Shown here: positions 1-6,772 of the stretch, piece by piece
How the letters are laid out: the number at the start of each line of letters is the position of its first letter
Numbering within the stretch: position 1 is the first letter of the stretch
Assembly: GCF_009557235.1 (NCBI RefSeq)
Contig: NZ_CP045650.1
Coordinates: 1,350,001-1,382,000 of the forward strand
DNA length: 32,000 nt
Source of the DNA: Acinetobacter wanghuae
GTDB lineage: Bacteria > Pseudomonadota > Gammaproteobacteria > Pseudomonadales > Moraxellaceae
Direction: 5' to 3'
Notes under the pieces: model-generated
Seen by the model: the letters and a program-made list of their open reading frames with translations, nothing else
Told to the model about the DNA's origin: nothing
Database searches by the model: none
Program-made: the position numbers and the translations under genes

Positions 1-291
1 TCTTCAGGTCTTCATCATATAGCTAGACCAAAAGCAAAATTAGAAATATCTGAAACTGGTAGTATTTTTCGCAAAGAATTTGATATAAATACTTTGAATA
101 GTGATAGTGAATTCGTGATGATTGCGGAAAATGTTATAAAAACTTATATGCCTTGGAAAGCTTTTGATCTTGTTGAGCGAACTCATGATGAAATAGCATG
201 GAAAAAATTCGAATGCGATATCATGAAGGGTGTTGAATTAACTTATTCTGACTCTGAATTATTATCTGCTAAATCGATTAATGATAAATAA
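1..291 (+). CDS. C-terminal fragment of a hypothetical protein, possibly a DUF4065/Panacea (SocA-like) antitoxin-type domain; 5' end lies outside the window
   Basis: Frame 1 is open from base 1 to TAA at 289-291, so track ORF 94..291 is only its tail. The motif AFDLVERTHDEIAWKK resembles the L-x3-TH-x-E-x2-W end of Panacea domains (recollection only). The stop overlaps the next start (TAATG). Confidence 0.45.
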   Translation, partial: SSGLHHIARPKAKLEISETGSIFRKEFDINTLNSDSEFVMIAENVIKTYMPWKAFDLVERTHDEIAWKKFECDIMKGVELTYSDSELLSAKSINDK

Positions 292-1103
292 TGACTAACC
301 ATGCTCAAGAAACCTTTATTAAAAGGCATTTGAATCCTGAGAATTTTAATCAAAAGGAGATTGTAGAGGAAACAGCTTTATTATTTAGCATTCTCATCGA
401 TGATTATGTGAAAACAGCTGCTAAAGAAACCTTCTACAATCTACCTTATAAGGATATTTCTGTTCTAGTTTTTGATGATAAATCTAACGATATTAAGACA
501 GATTCATTTAATGGATTTATAACTACAGTAACCGAAGAAATCAAAAATACTTTTAATTCATATGAATTAACAACAGAATTGGAACATGCGACTGCATGCT
601 ATGAAAAATTTGCTTCACATATTGAATTAGCATTAATTCAGAAGCGATTCATGCTTGATACGGCAAAAGAAGCAAATAGAGTAGCAGGTGTAGCAAGAAA
701 AGATGCTGATTTTGCAAAAAAACAAGCTAAGAAAGCTAAAGAAATGTCTAATGCAATGGTTACCAACTTTGTAACTATTCTCGGTGTATTTGCCACCATT
801 ATTATTACCGTCTTCGGCGGTATGCAAATAATTAGTGCGACAACGAAGCTATTGCAAACTGATTTAAATCTCGCAACTTTATTTTTAGTTTTATCGTTTA
901 TATCACTTTTAATCATATTAATTTTATGGATGCTTTTCTCATTTATAATTAATCTTAAAAAGGATGTTAATAGTAACTCTGCCCTTATTACAGCCATAAC
1001 TGTTTTATCAATAACTATTATGTTATCTGCTGCTTACATAATTTTTTCAGGAAAAGATTTCTCACAAACAAGCGCAAAAGTGCTTGTTAAAGATGATAAA
1101 TAA
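291..1103 (+). CDS. Membrane protein: soluble N-terminal half, Lys/Ala-rich helix, three C-terminal TM segments. Candidate toxin/abortive-infection effector
   Basis: 270-aa ORF translationally coupled to the upstream ORF. Hydrophobic segments are VTNFVTILGVFATIIITVFGG, LATLFLVLSFISLLIILILWMLFSFII and ALITAITVLSITIMLSAAYIIF. Visibly more AT-rich than the phage core. Confidence 0.7.
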   Translation: MTNHAQETFIKRHLNPENFNQKEIVEETALLFSILIDDYVKTAAKETFYNLPYKDISVLVFDDKSNDIKTDSFNGFITTVTEEIKNTFNSYELTTELEHATACYEKFASHIELALIQKRFMLDTAKEANRVAGVARKDADFAKKQAKKAKEMSNAMVTNFVTILGVFATIIITVFGGMQIISATTKLLQTDLNLATLFLVLSFISLLIILILWMLFSFIINLKKDVNSNSALITAITVLSITIMLSAAYIIFSGKDFSQTSAKVLVKDDK

Positions 1104-1112
1104 AAACGAGAG

Positions 1113-1400
1113 CTAATTCGCTCTCGGTCTTCCTTTTCTGATTTTGGTAGTGAGTATTTCGTGAGCAAGGCGTGGATTATATAAACCTTTGCCTTGCGAT
1201 CCTTGGTTAATTGAAATCAACTTTTCACGTATTGTAGGTACAGACAAATTGTATTTTTGAGCAAGATGTGCAGCAGTCACCAACTGCACATCAACCTCTT
1301 TTAATTCCTTTACAACTGCACCACCGCAGATTTCTTGCCCCAACATTACTTGAGGCGGTTTATCTGATTCAACTGTAATGGTGTAGCGAAAAGCACCCAT
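1113..1400 (-). CDS. Excisionase-like / HTH DNA-binding protein, last gene of the early-left operon
   Basis: ATG at 1400 follows AGGAGG with a 7-nt spacing (the track start at 1403 is TTG). HTH-like segment VTAAHLAQKYNLSVPTIREKL. The position at the prophage left arm is typical for xis. Confidence 0.5.
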   Translation of the reverse strand: MGAFRYTITVESDKPPQVMLGQEICGGAVVKELKEVDVQLVTAAHLAQKYNLSVPTIREKLISINQGSQGKGLYNPRLAHEILTTKIRKGRPRAN

Positions 1401-1555
1401 CAAGACACCTCCTTTAAACTCTCGACAACACTTTCAGGCAACCCAGGCACATCATTAAATGCTTTAGCAAATCCACCATCTGCGATGAATTGATCCATGA
1501 GATTGACTTGCTTATCAATTTCCAATTCTTCGACTTCGATTGTTTGTTCAGTCAT
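1400..1555 (-). CDS. Small acidic hypothetical protein (51 aa), below the ORF-track cut-off
   Basis: Hand translation gives MTEQTIEVEELEIDKQVNLMDQFIADGGFAKAFNDVPGLPESVVESLKEVS. GGGAG lies 7 nt upstream. The ORF overlaps both neighbours (ATGACTGA and TGATG junctions). Confidence 0.5.
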   Translation of the reverse strand: MTEQTIEVEELEIDKQVNLMDQFIADGGFAKAFNDVPGLPESVVESLKEVS

Positions 1556-1988
1556 GGCTTGGCTCCCGTGCTTCGATCATTGCTTTTTTACTGGTAAGGG
1601 ATTTATCCCAAGAGCCTGTAAAGTCGAAAGATGGTGCTTCTTCCGCAAAATAATCACCTTTCCAACAGAAGGCACAGATATCCATATCCTTAACAGGACG
1701 GATGCTTGACCACCAGTACTTATTTGAGTGACCATCTTTCAGCCAATATTTAGCCCATCTAGGGGCTTGCAACCAATCCACATTTGGATTGCCAATCATG
1801 TTTCGCTTTTCAACCAAAACAAACCCTTTAGGCACCGCATTCGCTTTGGCTGCTTGCCACATTTCCCAACCGCTATGCGTTGTTAAGCAATAAAAGCGAA
1901 AGTTTGTTGGGGTTGTCTCACCATCAGTATTCCAACCTTTAGATTGAGCAACTTCTTTAAAGGCATTTAATTCTTTTTGAATATCCAT
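1548..1988 (-). CDS. Hypothetical phage protein (146 aa, Trp-rich)
   Basis: Track ORF 1548..1991. ATG at 1988 follows GAGGTGG and overlaps the upstream stop (TGATG). Confidence 0.7.
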   Translation of the reverse strand: MDIQKELNAFKEVAQSKGWNTDGETTPTNFRFYCLTTHSGWEMWQAAKANAVPKGFVLVEKRNMIGNPNVDWLQAPRWAKYWLKDGHSNKYWWSSIRPVKDMDICAFCWKGDYFAEEAPSFDFTGSWDKSLTSKKAMIEAREPSHD

Positions 1989-2266
1989 CACACCACCTCG
2001 CTTGCTGAGAAATCAGGCGACATTTCCATAGATATAGTCGCCTTAAAGAATGGCTCGGCAGCATCTTCAGACTCATAAAGATGAAACTCCAAAGGCCAAT
2101 CACTCTCCCACCCATCATGATCATCCCAATAATCTTGAGCGCAATCAGTCGCGAAACAATCCATGATGTCGAGTTGACGCATTTCATTTAAAGTCCAACT
2201 TGTGCTGCTAGGAAGCTTGTAGCGACTACCTTCGCAGTGATCGAGCACAACGTAATAAATATCCAT
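1988..2266 (-). CDS. Hypothetical acidic phage protein (92 aa)
   Basis: Track ORF 1988..2269 has a GTG start. An ATG at 2266 overlaps the stop of the upstream mini-ORF. Confidence 0.65.
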   Translation of the reverse strand: MDIYYVVLDHCEGSRYKLPSSTSWTLNEMRQLDIMDCFATDCAQDYWDDHDGWESDWPLEFHLYESEDAAEPFFKATISMEMSPDFSASEVV

Positions 2267-2358
2267 CACACCAACCCCTTAATTCCAAAATAAACCACAA
2301 TCCAAAACGCAAAACAAATTGAGATTGCAAAAGTCCAAACATATCCGCGATAGCTCAT
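2266..2358 (-). CDS. 30-aa hydrophobic mini-protein (MSYRGYVWTFAISICFAFWIVVYFGIKGLV)
   Basis: Hand-translated. GAGGA lies upstream of ATG 2358. The stop TGA overlaps the next ATG. Contains a single TM-like segment. Confidence 0.4.
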   Translation of the reverse strand: MSYRGYVWTFAISICFAFWIVVYFGIKGLV

Positions 2359-2400
2359 ATTTCTATCCTCTTAAGATGCGCCCCAAAGGGCGCGATTGAG

Positions 2401-3396
2401 TTAAGGCGTTAATGCTGCTTCTTGAGCTTCATACGCTGAATTGATTGCCGTAATTTGCTCATCATTCATGTGAGCCGTGAATGGTTCAAACTGTGCAGCC
2501 ATGACAGCATTCAATGCATCAAGATCAGATGTGTTGTTGATTGTTTCAATCACAGCTTGGACAGACTCGGTAGGGAATTGCTGTGCAGCTGTTAGCTCCG
2601 CTTTACGTGCTTTATATGACGCATTGATATTGGTTTTAGCAGGTTCGCCCAAGGTTGGCGGTATTGTGCTTGCAACCGCTTTTAAATCTTCAAGTGTTTG
2701 AGCGTTTTCAATGGCTTCAAAGCAAGCTTGAATATCAAATTCAACCTCTACCGCCCGAGACTCAACAGCATCTGTTTTCTTTTTGAGTCGACTTTTTAGA
2801 GCATTCGCACCACTATTGACTTTAACTTCTGGTGAAGTGGCAGCAGGGGTGACATCGATTTCTTTGTCCTGTTCTTCTTCCGCGATTGCCATACCTTTTA
2901 AGACATCAGGGAATACATCACGCAAAGCATAAGAACGAGCGCGGAGTTTCATCATGCGTTTTGGATATTGCGTCCATGGACCTTGCTTGCCCGACAGACC
3001 TGCGCGCTTTGCATCTTCCATTGTGAATACAGATGCAACAGGATCTTCATTTTTACGCTTTACGGTACAAGTTGCTTTCAATCCATCTTCTGAAATTTCC
3101 TCTTTGATGAAGTCAAGCTGACCAGATCCACGGACAAGGGCAAGCATAGCATCACCCCAAATTGACGGACGACCATTAATCACAGCAATGTTTTGCATGG
3201 CTTGAAGTGGTTGTAGTCCAATCTCAGCGCCCCATTGCATCGCAACAAGAATGTTGCCGGGTTTGCGCTGATAATCCTTCGGCACAATGTCAGAGCTAGA
3301 CAAGATTTCAGCAATTTGCATTGCTTCTTGCAAGTTTGTTGGAGTTAAAAAATTAACAGCTGTATTTGTATTGGTGCTTGGTGTAAATGCATTCAT
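2401..3396 (-). CDS. recT: Single-strand annealing protein, RecT/Red-beta superfamily
   Basis: Motifs LQPLQAMQNIAVINGRPSIWGD and GPWTQYPKRMMKLRARSYALRDVFP parallel lambda Bet (GPWQSHPKRMLRHKA) and Rac RecT (GPWVTHWEEMAKKTAIRR). It is paired with a YqaJ exonuclease. Confidence 0.8.
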   Translation of the reverse strand: MNAFTPSTNTNTAVNFLTPTNLQEAMQIAEILSSSDIVPKDYQRKPGNILVAMQWGAEIGLQPLQAMQNIAVINGRPSIWGDAMLALVRGSGQLDFIKEEISEDGLKATCTVKRKNEDPVASVFTMEDAKRAGLSGKQGPWTQYPKRMMKLRARSYALRDVFPDVLKGMAIAEEEQDKEIDVTPAATSPEVKVNSGANALKSRLKKKTDAVESRAVEVEFDIQACFEAIENAQTLEDLKAVASTIPPTLGEPAKTNINASYKARKAELTAAQQFPTESVQAVIETINNTSDLDALNAVMAAQFEPFTAHMNDEQITAINSAYEAQEAALTP

Positions 3397-3419
3397 GATG
3401 ATTTCTCTATATATATATA

Positions 3420-4400
3420 TTAGTTAATGCGCAAAACGCGAGTGCTTGAAGTTTTCACAAACTGTTCGTATAGATCAGGATGAGCAGCTTTTAGTGCTTT
3501 ACTGTCTAAGGTGTTGCGCTCTTGGTATTTAAATGTCGCAAGACGCTTATCATCCGCAATGATCATTTCCGCATCTTCAATGCGTGAGCAAATTTGTAGC
3601 TTCAATGCGCTCAATTCGTCATCTGCTGCTTTGATCGTTTTATTTAAATCCTTGTATTCAGCAACAAGATCAATCAGTGGTTGATCTGCCACAACAGCCT
3701 GATCAGGCGTGTGTTTCGACCAACGATGCAACACATCATCAAAAGTCGTCGGAGGGGGTGGCACATCATCTTCGACATTGGAATACCAAAACTTTGAGCA
3801 TTCATCTTTGAGCATGTCGAACAACTCAGGATCGAATGCGATCTGATAGCTGCGGAATATCTGACCACCAATCAACACACCCAAACCGCACATCGATGCA
3901 CCAGTAATACCCATGTACCATTGAACTTGTGTCAAGTAGTAATCAGGCACAGCTTCGGATTGCTCATCACCCCAAAGCTTGGCTAAGTATTGATTTGCTG
4001 TCTTGCATTCAAGAATACGATCCGTGGTCAATTTGCCGTCTTTTATGCGTACATTGCCTGAGATATCAGGATTGATAATGGCGCGGTCAATGTTGGCGCG
4101 CATCCAATCATGCTCAGGGTGTGCGATGGTTTGATTAACGCGCTGAACTTTTACACCGTGGCGTTTTGCATATTCCTTCGCAACAATGTCTTCAAGCATG
4201 TTGCCCCAATAAGCAGGCTCACTGGTGCTATCTTCAAGCACTGAGCGCCCTGTTTTATCCAACCACAATTGGTATGGAGATTTGTACTTGCTTAGACCTA
4301 AGATTGCCGCAACATCTGAGCCGCCAATACCAAGACGACGTGCTTCAAGCCATGCTTGGCGAGCTGATTCAACTTCTTGTAAATTCACTGCTGTATTCAT
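3420..4400 (-). CDS. YqaJ-family viral recombinase exonuclease (lambda Exo/RecE functional analogue)
   Basis: N-terminal signature GIGGSDVAAILGLSKYKSPYQLWLDKTG is typical of the YqaJ domain. It lies immediately upstream of the RecT-like gene. Confidence 0.85.
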   Translation of the reverse strand: MNTAVNLQEVESARQAWLEARRLGIGGSDVAAILGLSKYKSPYQLWLDKTGRSVLEDSTSEPAYWGNMLEDIVAKEYAKRHGVKVQRVNQTIAHPEHDWMRANIDRAIINPDISGNVRIKDGKLTTDRILECKTANQYLAKLWGDEQSEAVPDYYLTQVQWYMGITGASMCGLGVLIGGQIFRSYQIAFDPELFDMLKDECSKFWYSNVEDDVPPPPTTFDDVLHRWSKHTPDQAVVADQPLIDLVAEYKDLNKTIKAADDELSALKLQICSRIEDAEMIIADDKRLATFKYQERNTLDSKALKAAHPDLYEQFVKTSSTRVLRIN

Positions 4401-4416
4401 TTTTTATTTTCCTTAT

Positions 4417-4749
4417 TTAGAATGGGAGTTCTTTGTCGATTAAAATTGAAAGCAGGCGCTTAACTGTTAGGTCTTGATAGAATCCTTTGTCAGTAAAGAT
4501 CCCTTCATCAATTAAGCGCTGAATCAGTTCTTGCTTGATGCTATGCAAGCTTTCACTTCCGCCACGTTCACGCTCTGCCACCATTGCATCGGCTTGCTTG
4601 TATGCTTCTATGGCAATAAATTTACTCAGTGGCATATTTTCTTTATTGGCGAACTCACGCAGGCGATCAACTTGAGCTTGATTGATCATGCTGCTAACCA
4701 TTCCTTGCATCGCAGCCATAGCGAATTGATCATGTAAATCAGTAATCAT
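4417..4749 (-). CDS. Hypothetical protein (110 aa) upstream of exo/recT
   Basis: Track ORF 4417..4797. An internal ATG at 4749 (MITDLHDQ...) overlaps the upstream stop (TAATG), so the shorter form is preferred. Confidence 0.65.
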   Translation of the reverse strand: MITDLHDQFAMAAMQGMVSSMINQAQVDRLREFANKENMPLSKFIAIEAYKQADAMVAERERGGSESLHSIKQELIQRLIDEGIFTDKGFYQDLTVKRLLSILIDKELPF

Positions 4750-4970
4750 TAGCGAAGCCCCCATAAGTCTTGAATGACAAACGTAATGACTGACCAAGCA
4801 CCTAGAATCAAAAGCGCAAAAAGCAAGAAATCACGGAGATTTAGAAGGAATTGAGCAAAGCGACGCTTGCCCATTTCGGATGGTTTTGGGTGTTGATACA
4901 GCACAGACGTTGTATTACTTTCGTTCTTTACGAAAGTTGGCGTGTTGCTATGAGAAGCTGTTTGTTCCAT
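4749..4970 (-). CDS. Small single-TM membrane protein (73 aa), first gene of the early-left operon
   Basis: GAGG lies 5 nt upstream of ATG 4970. The C-terminal hydrophobic helix is FLLFALLILGAWSVITFVI. Confidence 0.65.
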   Translation of the reverse strand: MEQTASHSNTPTFVKNESNTTSVLYQHPKPSEMGKRRFAQFLLNLRDFLLFALLILGAWSVITFVIQDLWGLR

Positions 4971-4973
4971 AAT
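4945..4973 (+). promoter_or_regulatory. Predicted sigma70 promoter TTGCTA-17-CATAAT facing rightward, antisense to the early-left operon
   Basis: TTGCTA at 4945-4950, a 17-nt spacer, CATAAT at 4968-4973. A plus-oriented intrinsic terminator follows about 15 nt downstream. Confidence 0.35.
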
Positions 4974-4979
4974 GACCTC

Positions 4980-5029
4980 GTTGTGTGAGAAGCCCTTTTG
5001 ATGTCGAGTCGGAAAGGGCTTTTTTATTT
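4980..5029 (+). ncRNA. Predicted antisense RNA of about 45-50 nt, complementary to the PL leader
   Basis: Bounded by the promoter at 4945-4973 and the hairpin plus T-run at 4988-5029. No plus-strand gene here could use this terminator. Confidence 0.3.
4988..5029 (+). terminator. Intrinsic-terminator-type hairpin, plus orientation
   Basis: AGCCCTTT (4991-4998) pairs with AAAGGGCT (5013-5020) around a 14-nt loop, followed by TTTTTTATTT. On the minus-strand RNA the same hairpin lacks a U-tract. Confidence 0.55.
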
Positions 5030-5053
5030 CTTATGTAGATGTCTACAGAACAA

Positions 5054-5082
5054 AGATTAACTTTAGTTAGTAAAAGAGTCAA
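5054..5082 (-). promoter_or_regulatory. PL-like early-left promoter TTGACT-17-TAATCT
   Basis: On the minus strand, TTGACT is at 5082-5077 and TAATCT at 5059-5054, with a 17-nt spacer. The operator at 5057-5070 overlaps the -10 and spacer. Confidence 0.5.
5057..5070. promoter_or_regulatory. Operator palindrome TTAAC-TTTA-GTTAG (OL proximal)
   Basis: One of five copies of YTAAC-N4-GTTAR. It overlaps the PL -10 and spacer. Confidence 0.6.
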
Positions 5083-5090
5083 CAAAATAA

Positions 5091-5104
5091 TTAACAAAAG
5101 TTAG
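5091..5104. promoter_or_regulatory. Operator palindrome TTAAC-AAAA-GTTAG (OL distal)
   Basis: Same 14-bp inverted-repeat family. It ends 9 nt upstream of the PL -35. Confidence 0.55.
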
Positions 5105-5132
5105 TAAATTTATTTTATTCATAAAAAGTAGA

Positions 5133-5166
5133 CAAAAAAAATACCCACATAAGTGAGTATTTTTTA
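5133..5166 (-). terminator. Terminator of the repressor gene; looks bidirectional (A-run, hairpin, T-run)
   Basis: ATACCCAC (5141-5148) pairs with GTGAGTAT (5153-5160) with one G-U, flanked by A8 and T5. It starts 15 nt after the cI-like stop. Confidence 0.5.
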
Positions 5167-5180
5167 TCTGAAATGAGGAG

Positions 5181-5879
5181 CTACCAGGTTTCCGATGTTT
5201 CCCATTTCCACGCCCAGCCCAGAACAAAAAATTCTTGATTCTTTATATCTTCAGCCGTGAGCTGATATTCAGGAAATTCATCCTTATTATCACTAACAAC
5301 TCTTATCCCCCCAAACGGCAAACTATAAAGCCTTTTAAATTTAAATAAACCACCATGACAAATAGCAAAAATCTTTCCATCCTTAATGCTTCTTCTGCCT
5401 AAATCAATATAAACAGAATCACCATCCTTGATGGTTGGTGACATTGAATCGCCACTGCTTTCAACTTTTACGCAGTTGTCTTGCAGAATACCCTTTTGGC
5501 GTAACTCCAGCTTACTCACACGAACAGTACGGTACTCATTATTAAGAACTTCTGCCACTGAACCACTTCCACACGCTACCCTAAAACCCTCAAAATATTT
5601 TATTTCCACTTCATCATGATCAAGCGGGCTTTCATCGCTCCACGAATCAACATTACTAAAACCCATAGCCTTTGGGATGTTCTCGATCCCGGTTAATAAC
5701 CAATCATCACTTGTACCTAAAAACTCAGCAATAACCTTTAAGACTTCCGCTTTCGGCTTGGTGTCGCCTTTCATCCATTTTGTAACCGCTGCTGTTGATT
5801 TCCCTGTAGCCCTAGCTAGATCGGCTTGCTTTAAATGCCTCTCATCTAGCTTTTGCTGTATTCGATCATGAAGAAACAT
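5181..5879 (-). CDS. cI: cI-like prophage repressor: N-terminal XRE-type HTH plus C-terminal S24 (LexA-like) autopeptidase
   Basis: HTH segment LKQADLARATGKSTAAVTKWMKG. S24 motifs GDSMSPTIKDGDSVYID plus a downstream Lys (FKFKRL). It is divergent from the cro-like gene across an operator-rich region. Confidence 0.9.
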   Translation of the reverse strand: MFLHDRIQQKLDERHLKQADLARATGKSTAAVTKWMKGDTKPKAEVLKVIAEFLGTSDDWLLTGIENIPKAMGFSNVDSWSDESPLDHDEVEIKYFEGFRVACGSGSVAEVLNNEYRTVRVSKLELRQKGILQDNCVKVESSGDSMSPTIKDGDSVYIDLGRRSIKDGKIFAICHGGLFKFKRLYSLPFGGIRVVSDNKDEFPEYQLTAEDIKNQEFFVLGWAWKWETSETW

Positions 5880-5903
5880 CGTCAGACCATCCTATAAAAA
5901 ATA

Positions 5904-5917
5904 CTAACTAATGTTAA
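5904..5917. promoter_or_regulatory. Operator palindrome CTAAC-TAAT-GTTAA (cI-proximal)
   Basis: 14-bp inverted repeat in the cI/cro intergenic region. Confidence 0.6.
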
Positions 5918-5926
5918 TGCCTACCA

Positions 5927-5955
5927 TTGTATTAGTGGTTAGCGTGTGCTAACTT
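5927..5955 (+). promoter_or_regulatory. Possible PR-like promoter TTGTAT-17-TAACTT
   Basis: The hexamers are 17 nt apart and the -10 lies inside the operator at 5949-5962. The match is weak; the call is positional. Confidence 0.3.
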
Positions 5956-5962
5956 TAGTTAA
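5949..5962. promoter_or_regulatory. Operator palindrome CTAAC-TTTA-GTTAA (central)
   Basis: 14-bp inverted repeat, with the same core as the site at 5057-5070 on the opposite strand. Confidence 0.6.
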
Positions 5963-5971
5963 TCAAAAACA

Positions 5972-5985
5972 CTAACAAAGGTTAG
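5972..5985. promoter_or_regulatory. Operator palindrome CTAAC-AAAG-GTTAG (cro-proximal)
   Basis: 14-bp inverted repeat ending 4 nt before the cro-like ATG. Confidence 0.6.
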
Positions 5986-5989
5986 CAAT

Positions 5990-6175
5990 ATGAAGGTCGA
6001 TGATTTAAAGAATCATCTTAAGTGCAAAAGCTTGGTTGAGCTTGAGCAAAAACTAGGTGTGTCAAATGCGACGCTTTGGAAATGGGAGACCAACGGTATA
6101 CCGATCAAAACCCAATGCTTTTTTGAAGTGAAGTACAAAGGTGCAATAAAAGCCGATAGAGCATTAATTGCGTAA
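5990..6175 (+). CDS. cro: Cro-like HTH regulator (61 aa)
   Basis: HTH segment LEQKLGVSNATLWKWETNG. It is divergent from the repressor and is the first gene of the rightward operon. Confidence 0.8.
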   Translation: MKVDDLKNHLKCKSLVELEQKLGVSNATLWKWETNGIPIKTQCFFEVKYKGAIKADRALIA

Positions 6176-6202
6176 ATCAATTTTTTAAAGGGGTTTAAAG
6201 AA

Positions 6203-6508
6203 GTGGGAGTGGATGAAATGCAAGAAGCATTGAGTTTAGGTTTCATTGAGCAGCCGGGCAAAAAAACAGAAGTGACAAGCGTTCGATTAACACATGACGC
6301 TTTACACGCTGTAGATGCTTTGGCAGGGATGAACGACAAAAAACGTTCTGAGTGGCTGCGTGATGTGGTCATTGAAAAGCTCATGGAGTTGAAGCGACAA
6401 CATGAGTATTTATCAAAAGCATTTGGCGATTCAACGAATACATTGAATACATCGTACACAAGCAAAACAAGCCCAGTGGGTGCAACCACTGAGCTTGAAC
6501 GTTCTTAA
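6203..6508 (+). CDS. Ribbon-helix-helix (CopG/Arc-like) DNA-binding protein in the cII position
   Basis: TSVRLTHDALHAVDALAGMNDKKRSEWLRDVVIEKL fits a beta-strand, helix, helix pattern. The start is either GTG 6203 or ATG 6218. Confidence 0.55.
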   Translation: MGVDEMQEALSLGFIEQPGKKTEVTSVRLTHDALHAVDALAGMNDKKRSEWLRDVVIEKLMELKRQHEYLSKAFGDSTNTLNTSYTSKTSPVGATTELERS

Positions 6509-6526
6509 CTATCGAGGTATTAGAAC

Positions 6527-6772
6527 ATGTCAAATATTAGCATAAAGAAATGCATCAATACAGGCAACTGGGTCGAAATGTGCCCAACGCTTCACGAAGT
6601 CACCACGCGTGGCATTGCTTACTTTGAACAAGTCGCAATGCACAATGGGTCTTTTAATACACAACGTTTATTGGTTGCGGTTGGCAACAATACACGTGGG
6701 CGCGTTCAACTCGATTACTGCCCGTTTTGCGGATCAGATATTCAAACCAAGCATGATGGTGGTGACAAATGA
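6527..6772 (+). CDS. Hypothetical small protein with a CPFCGS zinc-ribbon-like motif
   Basis: 81-aa ORF. GAGG lies upstream of the ATG. An ATGA overlap links it to the next gene. Confidence 0.6.
   Translation: MSNISIKKCINTGNWVEMCPTLHEVTTRGIAYFEQVAMHNGSFNTQRLLVAVGNNTRGRVQLDYCPFCGSDIQTKHDGGDK

Noticed and set aside
3408-3419. (TA)6 microsatellite in the 23-nt gap between the exonuclease and recT-like genes
   Set aside because: It is short and lies outside any coding sequence. It may merely be AT-rich spacer ahead of the recT RBS. No evidence of phase-variable function can be drawn from a single sequence.
4991-5020. A lambda nutL/boxB-like hairpin (GCCCUUU...AAAGGGC) in the PL leader
   Set aside because: The loop is 14 nt rather than a GNRA-like pentaloop. 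No boxA-like element or N-like Arg-rich protein is evident. The plus-orientation terminator and antisense RNA reading explains the T-tract better.
6013-6489. 158-aa minus-strand ORF opposite the cro-like and RHH genes
   Set aside because: It is a shadow ORF antisense to two well-supported plus-strand genes. It has no SD and would run into the operator region.
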